Positions 37,506 to 47,969 are shown, numbered from the stretch's first letter. The stretch: 64,000 nucleotides of DNA from Gemmatimonadota bacterium (GCA_034521595.1 JAXHMG010000003.1:1120001-1184000), one strand, 5' to 3'. Notes: generated by a model from the sequence alone, not told the origin. Program-made: numbers and translations.

Positions 37506-38020
37506 TGGACATTCTGTTTTACGTCTTCTCCGCAGTGGCCATCGGCGGGGCGCTCGGGGTCGTGCTCGCCAAGAGCCCGGTCGGGAGCCTCCTGTTCATG
37601 GTCACGACACTGGCGAGCCTGGCCGGCACGTTCGTGCTGCTCGAAGCGCACTTTCTCGCGGCGATCCAGGTCATCGTGTACGCCGGCGCGATCATGGTGC
37701 TCTTCCTCTTCGTCATCATGCTTCTGAACCTCGGACACGACTACGTGCAAGACCTTAGAGGCGGTGCCTTCGGTGTGGCATCGTTCGCCGTCATCGGGCT
37801 CATGGCGGGTCTGCTGTCGCGTCAGCTCAGTGGCCCCGGAACACCCACGTCCGGAGAGGGGGGAGCAGCCATCGATGCCGCCATCGCGGAGCACGGGGTC
37901 GTCGGTGCCATCGCCGAGCCGCTGTACACGACCTACGTCGTCCCCTTCGAGATCACGGGGATTCTCCTTCTCGTTGCGATCGTGGGCGCGATCGTTCTGG
38001 CCAAGAGGAAGGTTGACTGA
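37502..38020 (+). CDS. nuoJ: NADH-quinone oxidoreductase subunit J
   Basis: [24 protein letters not shown]. Confidence 0.96.
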   Translation: MMDILFYVFSAVAIGGALGVVLAKSPVGSLLFMVTTLASLAGTFVLLEAHFLAAIQVIVYAGAIMVLFLFVIMLLNLGHDYVQDLRGGAFGVASFAVIGLMAGLLSRQLSGPGTPTSGEGGAAIDAAIAEHGVVGAIAEPLYTTYVVPFEITGILLLVAIVGAIVLAKRKVD

Positions 38021-38313
38021 TGATCAATGAGGCCCTGGTCCTGAGCGCGATCCTCTTCGTGATCGGCACCTTCGGCGTCCTCGTGCGGCGGAACGCCATC
38101 ATCATGTTCCTCGCCATCGAGCTGCAGCTCAACGCGGTGAACCTCGCGTTCGTGGCCTTTTCCCGCGTCGTCGGGATCGAGGGACAGGTATTCGTTTTCT
38201 TCGTGATGACCGTCGCCGCCGCGGAAGCCGCGGTCGGACTCGCGATCATCATCTCGATCTTCAGGCACTACGAGACCGTGAACGTGAATAACTTCAACCT
38301 GCTCAAGTGGTAG
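38020..38313 (+). CDS. nuoK: NADH-quinone oxidoreductase subunit K
   Basis: [22 protein letters not shown]. Confidence 0.96.
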   Translation: MINEALVLSAILFVIGTFGVLVRRNAIIMFLAIELQLNAVNLAFVAFSRVVGIEGQVFVFFVMTVAAAEAAVGLAIIISIFRHYETVNVNNFNLLKW

Positions 38314-38317
38314 CGGC

Positions 38318-40480
38318 ATGCACGCTTCCCTAGCAGCACTTCTGGCCCCGAGCGAGAGCATTCAGGCGGGTTCGGCACAGTTCGAGCCGTTCTTCCCCGG
38401 CTTGGTCGTGCTCCTTCCGCTTCTCGGATTCGCCCTGAACGGTTTTCTCGCGCTCAAGCACGCGCGGGCCTCGGCCGATGCGGTACGAGGGGGCGGAGAG
38501 CTCGAGCTCGGTGGAGAGGAAGGACGCCCGAGCACGCATACCCTCCCGACGCTCATCGGCCCGGGGGTGATGCTCCTCGCGTTCCTGATCACGCTGATCA
38601 ACTTCTTCGGCATGCTCGGAACCGAGCTGAGCGCCCCGGTCGTGGTGGAATACTGGACGTGGGTGGCCACCGGAACGTTCACGGTGAACGCGGCGCTCCA
38701 GCTCGATCAGCTTTCGATGATCATGATGCTGGTCGTCACGGGCGTCGGCTTCCTCATCCACGTGTTCAGCGTGGGCTACATGAAGGACGATCCGGGCTAT
38801 CCCCGGTACTTCGCGTACCTCAATATGTTCGTCTTCTTCATGCTGGTCCTCGTCATGGGGTCGAGCTACCCGGTGATGTTCGTCGGGTGGGAAGGGGTGG
38901 GGCTCTCCTCCTACCTCCTGATCGGGTTCTGGTTCGGAGACCGGGAAAAGTCCGACGCGGGGAAGAAGGCCTTCATCGTGAACCGGATCGGGGACGTCGG
39001 CTTCATCGTCGCGATGTTCTTCCTGTTCACGACGTTCGGCACACTGGACTTCACGTCGATCTTCGCGAACGCGGAGTCGAGCCTCGTGTACGGCGGTGGC
39101 TTGGTGACCGCCGTGACCTTGCTCTTCCTCCTGGGTGCGACCGGGAAGAGCGCACAGATTCCCCTCTACGTTTGGCTCCCCGACGCGATGGCCGGCCCGA
39201 CTCCGGTCTCGGCGCTCATCCACGCCGCCACGATGGTCACGGCCGGCGTCTACCTCGTGGCTCGCTCCTCCGTGCTCTTCGCGCTCTCACCGGTCGGCAG
39301 CGCGACGGTGGCCGGGATCGGCGTCCTCACGGCACTCTTCGCCGCGACGATCGCCCTGAAGCAGAACGACATCAAGAAGGTCCTCGCCTACTCCACGGTC
39401 TCCCAGCTCGGCTACATGTTCGTGGGCGTCGGGGTAGGGGCGTACGCGGCCGGCGTATTCCACCTCATGACGCACGCCTTCTTCAAGGCGCTTCTCTTCC
39501 TCGGGTCCGGAGCCGTGATCCACGCGATGCACCACGCGTATCACGCCACGCACAACCACGAAGACGCCCAGGACATGCGTAACATGGGTGGCATGAAGCG
39601 TTACATGCCCATCACGTGGATCACCATGTGGATCGCGACCCTCGCGATCGCCGGCATCTGGCCATTCGCGGGCTTCTTCTCGAAGGACGAGATCATCTGG
39701 TATACGGGCGCTTTCGGTGGCGCGGAAAACGCTCCGTTCCCCGGCCTCTACACCGTGTACTGGATCATCGCGCTCGTGGCGGCCGTGCTGACCGCCTTCT
39801 ACATGACCCGCATGATGGTGCTGACCTTCCACGGGTCGAATCGAACCGGTTCCGAGGAAGAGAAGCATCTCCACGAATCGCCCCCGGTCATGTGGGTACC
39901 CTTGGTCATCCTCGCCGCCCTCTCCATCTTCGGCGGCTGGATCAACGTCCCCGAAGCGATCCGTACGTCGTTCCTGGGAGGTTTCGGAGCACTCCCCATG
40001 GGTGAGTGGTTGCATCACTGGCTGGAGCCCGTGACCGCCCAGGCTCACCACATCCAGGAAACCCACCTCGGCGAGGTGGCGCATTCCGCTCCGTTCGGCG
40101 GCGGCGAGCTCGCCTGGGCGCTGATCGCGACCACGCTCGCGCTCGTCGTGGTCCTGATCTCGGCACGGGTGATAGGCGGACGTCCGGTCGCCACTGCGCG
40201 TGACGACGTCGAGCCGACCGGATTCGGGAAGCTTCTCTACAACAAGTGGTACGTGGACGAGTTCTACGACCGCTTCATCGTCCAGCCCGTGGTCAGGGCC
40301 TCCCGATTCTGCTGGAAGGTGATCGATGCCGTCATCATCGACGGGATCGTGAACGCGGTCGGATGGTTCGCCCGCGGGGTGGGCTGGGGCGTGAGCATGT
40401 TCCAGACCGGATCGGTGAACACCTACGCATTCATCTTAACCGTCGGCGTCCTGGTCATCCTCGGCGTCTCGATGTTCTAA
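38318..40480 (+). CDS. nuoL: NADH-quinone oxidoreductase subunit L
   Basis: GWEGVG, GKSAQIPLYVWLPDAMAGPTPVSALIHAATMV, HAFFKA. Confidence 0.97.
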   Translation: MHASLAALLAPSESIQAGSAQFEPFFPGLVVLLPLLGFALNGFLALKHARASADAVRGGGELELGGEEGRPSTHTLPTLIGPGVMLLAFLITLINFFGMLGTELSAPVVVEYWTWVATGTFTVNAALQLDQLSMIMMLVVTGVGFLIHVFSVGYMKDDPGYPRYFAYLNMFVFFMLVLVMGSSYPVMFVGWEGVGLSSYLLIGFWFGDREKSDAGKKAFIVNRIGDVGFIVAMFFLFTTFGTLDFTSIFANAESSLVYGGGLVTAVTLLFLLGATGKSAQIPLYVWLPDAMAGPTPVSALIHAATMVTAGVYLVARSSVLFALSPVGSATVAGIGVLTALFAATIALKQNDIKKVLAYSTVSQLGYMFVGVGVGAYAAGVFHLMTHAFFKALLFLGSGAVIHAMHHAYHATHNHEDAQDMRNMGGMKRYMPITWITMWIATLAIAGIWPFAGFFSKDEIIWYTGAFGGAENAPFPGLYTVYWIIALVAAVLTAFYMTRMMVLTFHGSNRTGSEEEKHLHESPPVMWVPLVILAALSIFGGWINVPEAIRTSFLGGFGALPMGEWLHHWLEPVTAQAHHIQETHLGEVAHSAPFGGGELAWALIATTLALVVVLISARVIGGRPVATARDDVEPTGFGKLLYNKWYVDEFYDRFIVQPVVRASRFCWKVIDAVIIDGIVNAVGWFARGVGWGVSMFQTGSVNTYAFILTVGVLVILGVSMF

Positions 40481-42039
40481 TGACAGGCATGCTCGAAACG
40501 ATCGGTTACGCGAACTGGGCGCTCCACGCGCTCATCTGGCTCCCCGTGCTCGGCATGGGCTTGGTGCTCTGGACGGAAGAGGAGCGCGCCAAGACCGTGG
40601 CGTTCTGGTGGTCCCTGGGTGTCTTCTTGCTCAGCCTCGGGCTCTGGTGGACGTTCGAGCCCGGCTACGGCGGCATGCAGATGGAGACCGTCACTCCGTG
40701 GATCGACAGCTGGGGCGTGAGCTACGCGCTCGGCGTGGACGGGATCAGCCTGTTCATGGTCATGCTGACGACGTTCAGCACCTCGATCGCCATCCTCGGG
40801 TCCTTCAATTACATCAAGGACCGGCAACGAGCTTTCTACGCCCTCATGCTGTTGCTCGAAGCGGGCGTGATCGGGGTGTTCGTGGCGACCGACCTGCTCC
40901 TCTTCTACGTGTTCTTCGAGCTCACGCTCGTCCCGATGTACTTCATCGTCGGGATCTGGGGTGGGGAGCGGCGAATCTACGCTGCCATCAAGTTCTTCCT
41001 GTACACGGCGTTCGGGTCCCTCCTGATGCTCGTCGGCATCCTTTATCTCGTCTTCAAGGCGAAGATGTTCCTCGGTGTGCCGACCTTCGCGTACGCGGAT
41101 CTCCTGCAAGTGCCACTCACGGGCACCGAACAGCTTTGGCTGTTCACCGCGTTTGCGCTCGCATTCAGCGTGAAGGTGCCGGTCTTCCCGTTGCACACCT
41201 GGCTACCCGACGCGCACGTCGAAGCGCCCACGCCCGGCTCGGTGATCCTGGCCGCAGTCCTCCTGAAGATGGGAACGTACGGGTTCCTGCGTTTCCTGCT
41301 CCCCCTGTTTCCGGCCGCCGCAAAGCATCCGACGGTGGTCATGGTCATGTTGGTCCTCGGGGTGATCGGCATCCTGTACACGGCCTGGGTTGCGGCCGTC
41401 CAACCGGATGCCAAGAAGCTCGTGGCGTACACCTCCGTCGCGCACATGGGCTTCGTCGTGCTCGGGGTCTTCGCGCTGACCGTGAACGGAATCCAGGGCG
41501 GCCTGGTCGTCATGATTTCCCACGGCATCAGCACCGGGGCGCTGTTCCTGCTCCTCGGCATGTTGTACGAACGGCGACACACCCGCGCTATCGCGGACTT
41601 CGGAGGTCTGGGACGTGTCGCCCCCTGGCTCGCGACCGCCTTCGTGATCACCGCCCTGGCTTCGATCGGGCTGCCGGGCACGAGTGGCTTCGTGGGTGAA
41701 TTTCTGGCGCTTCTGGGGACGTTCGAGACGCATCCGACGATCGCCATCGTGGCGACCCTCGGGGTGATCTTCGCGGCCTACTACATGCTGCCGATGGTCC
41801 AGAAAATCTTCTTCAACAAGCTCGACAAGCCAGAAAATCGGGAGGTTCAGGACCTTTCGGGGCGGGAAATCGCCATCCTCTCCCCCCTCGTGGCGCTGAT
41901 GATCGTCATCGGCTGCTATCCGACGCCACTGCTCGAGCGAATGGAGCCCAGTGTTCGTGCCGTCGTCGAACGAGTGGAGCAGGCTACGCCCGCGCTCTCC
42001 CAAGAATCCGATGACGAGACCGTCATCTCCGGCCAATAG
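40480..42039 (+). CDS. nuoM: NADH-quinone oxidoreductase subunit M
   Basis: GVDGIS, FYVFFE, PLHTWLPDAHVEAP, GFVGEF; TAATG overlap. Confidence 0.97.
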   Translation: MTGMLETIGYANWALHALIWLPVLGMGLVLWTEEERAKTVAFWWSLGVFLLSLGLWWTFEPGYGGMQMETVTPWIDSWGVSYALGVDGISLFMVMLTTFSTSIAILGSFNYIKDRQRAFYALMLLLEAGVIGVFVATDLLLFYVFFELTLVPMYFIVGIWGGERRIYAAIKFFLYTAFGSLLMLVGILYLVFKAKMFLGVPTFAYADLLQVPLTGTEQLWLFTAFALAFSVKVPVFPLHTWLPDAHVEAPTPGSVILAAVLLKMGTYGFLRFLLPLFPAAAKHPTVVMVMLVLGVIGILYTAWVAAVQPDAKKLVAYTSVAHMGFVVLGVFALTVNGIQGGLVVMISHGISTGALFLLLGMLYERRHTRAIADFGGLGRVAPWLATAFVITALASIGLPGTSGFVGEFLALLGTFETHPTIAIVATLGVIFAAYYMLPMVQKIFFNKLDKPENREVQDLSGREIAILSPLVALMIVIGCYPTPLLERMEPSVRAVVERVEQATPALSQESDDETVISGQ

Positions 42040-42050
42040 AGAACGCAACG

Positions 42051-43586
42051 ATGACTCTCGACTTCAGCACATCGCTCCACTATTGGTGGGCACTTCTCCC
42101 CGAGATCGTGCTCTGCATCGCGGGAATGGCCGTGCTCATCGCCGGTGTCTCCGGGAAGCACAGCCGCGCTGCTCGGTCCGAAGGGGGGGACGTCGCGTTC
42201 GCGCCGGGCAACGACCTGGGGTGGATCGCCCTGGTCGGACTCCTCGTCGCGGCGGGCGTGAACGGCTGGCTGTACGGGGTCACCGAGGTCGGCGACACGT
42301 CCATGATCGCGGTCGATGGCTTTCGGCTGTTCGCCAACTGGGTGTTCCTCCTGGGCGCCGCTCTGTCCATCCTCATCTCGCTAGGTTACGTCTACCGCCA
42401 GAAGCTCCAGGCCGGCGAGTTCTACGCCTTGATCCTGTTCGCCACGGCCGGAATGATGTTCATGGCCGCCGCGCGCGACCTGATCGTCGTCTTTCTCGGC
42501 CTCGAGGTCATGTCCATCGCCGTCTACGCCCTGACCGCCTTCAACCGGCGCGACCCGAAGTCGGCCGAAGCGGGCCTGAAGTACTTCCTCCTCGGAGCCT
42601 TCGCCACCGGGTTCCTGCTGTACGGCATCGCCCTGGTGTACGGGGCCGCCGGGAGCACGAACATCGCTGCGGTGGCGACGGCGATCGTCGATGAAACCTT
42701 TTCGCCGACGCTCCTCACCGTCGGCATCGTCATGCTGCTCGTCGGCTTCGGCTTCAAAGTCTCCGCCGTGCCCTTCCACATGTGGACGCCCGACGTGTAC
42801 GAAGGGGCTCCGGCTCCGGTGACGGCGTTCATGGCCGCCGCGGTGAAGGCCGCCGCGTTCGTGGCCTTCATGCGCATCTTCCTGGTCGCCTTCGAAGGGG
42901 TGTACGACTCCTGGGGCAACATCGTCTGGTGGCTCGCCGCCGTCACGATGATCGTGGCGAACCTCATCGCGCTCGTGCAATCGAACATAAAACGCATGCT
43001 CGCCTACTCGAGCATCGCGCACGCCGGGTATCTCCTGGTGGCCGTCACCGCGGCGAACGAGACGGCTGCAGCGGCTCTCCTGTTCTACCTCCTCGTCTAC
43101 ACCCTCATGAACATCGGGGCCTTCGCCGTCGTTATCGGGGTATCCCACCATTCCGAGGACCGGCAGCAGTTCGAAGACTACGCCGGATTCGGCTGGGCCC
43201 AACCGGTGCTCGGTGTCTTTCTCACGATCTTCCTGCTCTCGCTGGCCGGTTTTCCGGGCACCGGTGGCTTCATCGGCAAGATCTACCTCCTGCAGGGCGC
43301 TGCGGACGCTCAGCTTTGGACGCTCGCGGTCATCTTGGTTCTCACGACCTTGGCGTCGTATTGGTATTACCTGCGGGTCGCGTGGTTCATGTGGATGAAG
43401 CCGTCCACCGACGACGATCAGCACGCCTTGGTGACCATCCCCCTGCCGATGCACTTGGCCCTCGTGGCGAGTGTCGCGCTGATCCTCTACACTGGACTCT
43501 TCCCGGGAGCCATGCTCGAGTTCGCCCGGGCGAGCGTCGTGGGGCTCGGAAGCTTCGGGACCACCATGTTGGGCTTCGGGCTCTGA
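42051..43586 (+). CDS. nuoN: NADH-quinone oxidoreductase subunit N
   Basis: EAGLKYF, FKVSAVPFHMWTPDVYEGAP, AYSSIAHAGY, GFIGK. Confidence 0.97.
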   Translation: MTLDFSTSLHYWWALLPEIVLCIAGMAVLIAGVSGKHSRAARSEGGDVAFAPGNDLGWIALVGLLVAAGVNGWLYGVTEVGDTSMIAVDGFRLFANWVFLLGAALSILISLGYVYRQKLQAGEFYALILFATAGMMFMAAARDLIVVFLGLEVMSIAVYALTAFNRRDPKSAEAGLKYFLLGAFATGFLLYGIALVYGAAGSTNIAAVATAIVDETFSPTLLTVGIVMLLVGFGFKVSAVPFHMWTPDVYEGAPAPVTAFMAAAVKAAAFVAFMRIFLVAFEGVYDSWGNIVWWLAAVTMIVANLIALVQSNIKRMLAYSSIAHAGYLLVAVTAANETAAAALLFYLLVYTLMNIGAFAVVIGVSHHSEDRQQFEDYAGFGWAQPVLGVFLTIFLLSLAGFPGTGGFIGKIYLLQGAADAQLWTLAVILVLTTLASYWYYLRVAWFMWMKPSTDDDQHALVTIPLPMHLALVASVALILYTGLFPGAMLEFARASVVGLGSFGTTMLGFGL

Positions 43587-43653
43587 GGGACGACCGCATC
43601 GGGATCGCTCCTTCGGCCGGGCGAGACCCGTTTCTCGAGGCGATTGGAGTACC

Positions 43654-45024
43654 ATGCTAGCGCACATCTTCAGACAGTACGACATCCGAGGGATCGTCGG
43701 AGAGGACCTCGACGCCGACATCGCCGAAGCCGTCGGGCGGGCTTTCGGCTCCCACGTCCGTGACGCGACCGGAATCGAAACGCCGTCGGTAGCGCTCGGA
43801 TACGACAACCGACACTCTTCACCGGACCTCGCCGCGGGGACGATCCGCGGTCTCCGAGCCGCCGGCGCCGACGTGCTCGACGTAGGCACTGTTCCGACTC
43901 CCGTGCTCTATTGGGCCGAGCAGGTCTTCGAGGCGCACGCGGGCATCCAGATCACGGGATCGCACAACCCGCCCGAGTGGAACGGCATCAAGATGACCGT
44001 GCAGGCCCAGGCCCTCTACGGAGATGCCATCACGGGCCTCCGGGACCGGATCGAGCGGAACGTTCTGGCATCCGGGGAAGGCGGTTACCGGCGCGTCGAC
44101 GTGCTCGACCGATACGTCGAAGACGTCGTCGGACGCTTCGAGCTGGCGCGTCCCGTGCGGATCGGCGTCGACTGCGGGAACGGCACCGCATCCCTCGTGG
44201 CCGAGCGGTTGCTCACGGAGTTGGGCGCCGAGGTCACGCCGCTCTTCTGTGACTCGGACCCTTCGTTTCCCAACCACCACCCCGATCCGACGGTCGACGC
44301 CAACCTGGCCGACCTGATTCGGGTCGTCCGCGAGAACGATCTCGAGGTCGGAGTGGCGTTCGATGGAGACGGGGACCGGATCGGCGTGGTCGACGGGGAA
44401 GGGCGGATCGTCCGGGGCGACGTGCTCTTGCTCCTGTACGGTCTGGATCTGCTCGAGAAGCGCGGGCCGGGTCAGAAGCTCGTCTTCGACGTGAAGTGCT
44501 CTCAGGTTCTCCCGGAGGTCTTCGAGGCCGCCGGTGGCGAACCGATCATGTGGAAGACGGGGCACTCGCTCATCAAGCGTAAGATGAAAGAAACCGGTGC
44601 GCGTCTCGCGGGCGAGCTGTCCGGGCACATCATGATCGCGGACGACTATCTCGGCTTCGATGACGCACTCTACGACGCCTGTCGGCTCGTGGATCTGATC
44701 GCCCGCTCGGAGCGTACCATCGCCGAGCAGGTCGCCGAGTTCCCCGAGTACGTCTCGACGGCCGAGATCCGGATCGACGTCACCGAAGAGGACAAGTGGC
44801 GCATCGTCGAAGAAGCGGTCACGCACTTCAAGGCTTCCCACGACGTTATCGACGTGGACGGCGCTCGCGTTCTGTTCGGAGACGGGTGGGCCTTGCTCCG
44901 CACCTCGAACACCCAGGCGGTCATCGTCGCACGCTTCGAAGCCAAGACTCGGGAACGCCTCGACGAGATCCGGAAGGAAGTCGGAACGTGGTTGGAAACC
45001 CAGGGAGTCTCGCTACCATCGTGA
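43654..45024 (+). CDS. Phosphomannomutase/phosphoglucomutase (AlgC type)
   Basis: FRQYDIRG, TGSHNP, FDGDGDR, GELSGH, RTSNT. Confidence 0.95.
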   Translation: MLAHIFRQYDIRGIVGEDLDADIAEAVGRAFGSHVRDATGIETPSVALGYDNRHSSPDLAAGTIRGLRAAGADVLDVGTVPTPVLYWAEQVFEAHAGIQITGSHNPPEWNGIKMTVQAQALYGDAITGLRDRIERNVLASGEGGYRRVDVLDRYVEDVVGRFELARPVRIGVDCGNGTASLVAERLLTELGAEVTPLFCDSDPSFPNHHPDPTVDANLADLIRVVRENDLEVGVAFDGDGDRIGVVDGEGRIVRGDVLLLLYGLDLLEKRGPGQKLVFDVKCSQVLPEVFEAAGGEPIMWKTGHSLIKRKMKETGARLAGELSGHIMIADDYLGFDDALYDACRLVDLIARSERTIAEQVAEFPEYVSTAEIRIDVTEEDKWRIVEEAVTHFKASHDVIDVDGARVLFGDGWALLRTSNTQAVIVARFEAKTRERLDEIRKEVGTWLETQGVSLPS

Positions 45025-45188
45025 GAGCCCGTTGCAGCAATCCAATGTCCGCCGTGAGCAGGGTACGCCGGGGCGAGCCCGCAAGCGAGACGCATGATCG
45101 TGAGCGGTCCTTCCACACGACGCCGTGCAGCACCACTGGACCACTCGGGTCACCCCCACGCAGTCGTGATCGAGGAGCGCTGACGTGA
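45021..45188 (+). CDS. Putative bridge mini-ORF, 55 aa
   Basis: GTGA overlap with PMM stop and GTGA overlap with UPF0182 start; frame open throughout. Confidence 0.45.
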   Translation: MRARCSNPMSAVSRVRRGEPASETHDRERSFHTTPCSTTGPLGSPPRSRDRGALT

Positions 45189-47959
45189 CAACCCTGCGGA
45201 ACCTCCTGGGCACCCTCAAGGGCGGCCGGTTGGCAATCGCGCTCCTGATTCTCGCTGGGCTCGTGCTGATCTTCGGCAGGGTCCTCGCGGCGGCCTACGT
45301 GGAGGTCCTCTGGCAGCAGAGTGCCGGGTTCAGCTCCGTGTTTTGGCGTCGCGTTCTCTGGAGCTGGGGGACGCGCCTGGTCGCGGGGCTCGCCGTGGCC
45401 GGCGTCGTCTTCCTGAACCTGAAGATCGCCGCGGTGAGCCTGGGTGGAATCCAGATCCGCCGCAAGTTCGGGAACATCGAAATCTCGGAACAGCTTCCGA
45501 GCGTGTACGTATCCGCGGCCAGCCTCGGCGCAGCCGGCCTTCTGGGCCTTTGGTTCGGCGCCGCGGTGCCGTCGAACCTCGGACTGCAAATCGCGGCCAT
45601 GCTGGGGGCTGGCTCCTGGGGAATGGCGGATCCCGTGCTGGGACGGGATCTGAGCTTCTACGTGTTCCAACTCCCCGTGTGGGCGAGCGCGGTCACCTTC
45701 GCCTTGGTGGTGACGTTCCTGGTCTTCACCCTCGCCAGCGCCGCGTACGCCACCACGGGCGCGCTCCGATGGGTGCGGGGTCGGGTCGACATCCAGGATC
45801 TGGCCCGACGCCACCTCGGGGTGCTGGTCGCCGTCTTCCTCTTGCTCGTGGCGCTTCGCGTCTGGCTCGGTCGCTCGCTCCTCCTCTGGGACGGCAACTC
45901 GGCCGTGCAGGGCATCGTCGGGTACGCCGACGTCCAGGCTCTGCTCCCCGCGCAGCAAACCCTGGTCGTCATATGCCTGGCCGCCGCCGTGGGCGTGCTC
46001 TGGGGTACATGGAAGAACCGGATCTTGCCGGCGGCGGTTTCTCTTCTTTCGGTGGTCCTGGGTGGGTTGCTCATCACCCAGGTATACCCTGGAATCGTCC
46101 AGCGCTTTCAGGTCGAGCCGAACGAGCTGGCCCGGGAAACCCCGTACATCGAGCACAACCTTCGCTTCACGCGCATGGGCTTCGGCCTTCACGAGATGGG
46201 ACGCCGGTCGTTCGGATATGCCCCGGAAAGCCCGGTCCGGGTGGATCGCGCCATGGAGGGATTCACGGGGCTCCCCGTCTGGAACAGCAACGCGCTCCTC
46301 CAGACGTATCGGTCGCTCGAGGCGCGATTTCCCTACTACGACTTCCCGGAGCTCACGATCGACCGCTACCAAGGGGAAGAGGGAAGGGAGGTCATGGCGG
46401 TGTCGGTGCGCGAGATCGATCCGTCCGGCATCCAGGACCCGAACTGGCAGAATCTGCACCTCCGGGACCTCTTTATCCGCGGCATGGGCGCCGTCGTGAG
46501 TAGAGCCGCCTCCCGATCCCAGCAAGGACGGCCGGAAATGCTGATCTCCGGCCTGCCGCCGGAGCGCACCGCGGGCGCGGAGCGCTTCCCGGATCTGCAG
46601 ATGAACCGGCCCGAGGTGTATTTCGGCTCCACACCACAACTCTACGCCCTCCTCGATCCCACCGGGGGTGAGGAGGCCCCCGGCCCCCTCGGGGCACGGG
46701 TTCCCGGAGTCGATTTTCCCGAGGGCATCCAACTGGGTTCGCGGATCCGGACCGCCGTGCTCGCATGGCGCTTTCAGGATGCGAACCTGTTCTTCGCCTC
46801 CGACCTCCCACCTGAAACGCGTCTGGTGTACCGTCGGCAGGTACGAGAGCGCGCCCAAGCGATCGCGCCCTTCTTGAGATTCCCGGAAGCGCCCTATCCG
46901 GTCCTGGCCGACGGACGAATCGTCTGGGTCTTGGAAGGATTCACAGGAACCCGGGCGTTTCCGCTCTCGAGCGTGCACGACTTCGGCGTCTTCGGATCGC
47001 CGGTCAACTACGTCCGGAATTCCGTGAAGGTGACCGTCGACGCAGTCACCGGGGCCATACGGTTCCACCGCGTGCCCGTCGAGGACCCGTTGATCGAAGC
47101 ATACGCGGAAGTGTTCCCCGAGCTCTTCGAGCCCGTGGACGAGATGCCCGACGCGCTCCGGCGCCATATCCGGTATCCACGTTCCCTCCTGAACCTGCAG
47201 GCGAACGTGCTCCTGCAGTACCACCAGGAGACGGCGGCGGACTTCCACGGCCAGCAGGACGTATGGGTGGCGGCTCAAGAGCAGTCCGAGAGCACTACCC
47301 CCGTGCGTTACGGGCCCGAATACGGGCTGTACACGTTCCCCGGTGACAGCGTCCCACGCTTCAACCTGACCACCGTGTTCGTCCCGACCGGGCGGCCGAA
47401 CCTCACCGGGATGCTTGCCGGTCGCACGAACGAGAACGGCGTACCCGAGCTGGACCTGCTCGACGTGCCCGTGGCCGACCAGGTTCCGGGGCCGCGCCAG
47501 ATCGAGGCGCTCGTGGAGCAGGATCCGGGAATCTCGCAGCAGTTCTCACTCTGGCGGAGTGGTGGGAGCCAGGTGTGGACGGGACACCTTCACCTCCTTC
47601 CGGTGAACGGACGCATGCTCTACATGGAGCCCGTCTTCCTCGCGGCGGAATCCGAAGCGATCCCGGAGCTCAGACGGTTCCTGGTGAGTGACGGCGTAGA
47701 CATCGTGATGACCGAGCAGCTCGACGAGGCTCTCGCGCTCTTGACCGGCGAGGAGACACAGGCACTCGAGCTCGAGGGTGCCATGCCGGTGGAAACCATG
47801 TTACCCGAAACGGGCGAGACGGAAACGTGGCCCGACGAAGCATTGAGCCTTCTCGAGCGTGCCGAAGACCGGCTGCGCGCGGGGGACTGGGAGGGCTTCG
47901 GCACCACATGGGAGGAGCTCCGCACGTTTCTCCGGGACCTCCGCGACGACGCACCGTAG
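45185..47959 (+). CDS. UPF0182 family membrane protein
   Basis: DPVLGRDLSFYVFQLP, VEPNEL, TIDRY, NYVRNSVK, HIRYP, VPGPRQ; GAGGAG before GTG. Confidence 0.92.
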   Translation: MTTLRNLLGTLKGGRLAIALLILAGLVLIFGRVLAAAYVEVLWQQSAGFSSVFWRRVLWSWGTRLVAGLAVAGVVFLNLKIAAVSLGGIQIRRKFGNIEISEQLPSVYVSAASLGAAGLLGLWFGAAVPSNLGLQIAAMLGAGSWGMADPVLGRDLSFYVFQLPVWASAVTFALVVTFLVFTLASAAYATTGALRWVRGRVDIQDLARRHLGVLVAVFLLLVALRVWLGRSLLLWDGNSAVQGIVGYADVQALLPAQQTLVVICLAAAVGVLWGTWKNRILPAAVSLLSVVLGGLLITQVYPGIVQRFQVEPNELARETPYIEHNLRFTRMGFGLHEMGRRSFGYAPESPVRVDRAMEGFTGLPVWNSNALLQTYRSLEARFPYYDFPELTIDRYQGEEGREVMAVSVREIDPSGIQDPNWQNLHLRDLFIRGMGAVVSRAASRSQQGRPEMLISGLPPERTAGAERFPDLQMNRPEVYFGSTPQLYALLDPTGGEEAPGPLGARVPGVDFPEGIQLGSRIRTAVLAWRFQDANLFFASDLPPETRLVYRRQVRERAQAIAPFLRFPEAPYPVLADGRIVWVLEGFTGTRAFPLSSVHDFGVFGSPVNYVRNSVKVTVDAVTGAIRFHRVPVEDPLIEAYAEVFPELFEPVDEMPDALRRHIRYPRSLLNLQANVLLQYHQETAADFHGQQDVWVAAQEQSESTTPVRYGPEYGLYTFPGDSVPRFNLTTVFVPTGRPNLTGMLAGRTNENGVPELDLLDVPVADQVPGPRQIEALVEQDPGISQQFSLWRSGGSQVWTGHLHLLPVNGRMLYMEPVFLAAESEAIPELRRFLVSDGVDIVMTEQLDEALALLTGEETQALELEGAMPVETMLPETGETETWPDEALSLLERAEDRLRAGDWEGFGTTWEELRTFLRDLRDDAP

Positions 47960-47969
47960 CCTTCCGCCG

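Noticed and set aside
43583-43660. CTG frame from the nuoN stop into the PMM start
   Set aside because: Weak start codon, non-standard 7-nt overlap, and PMM has its own SD.
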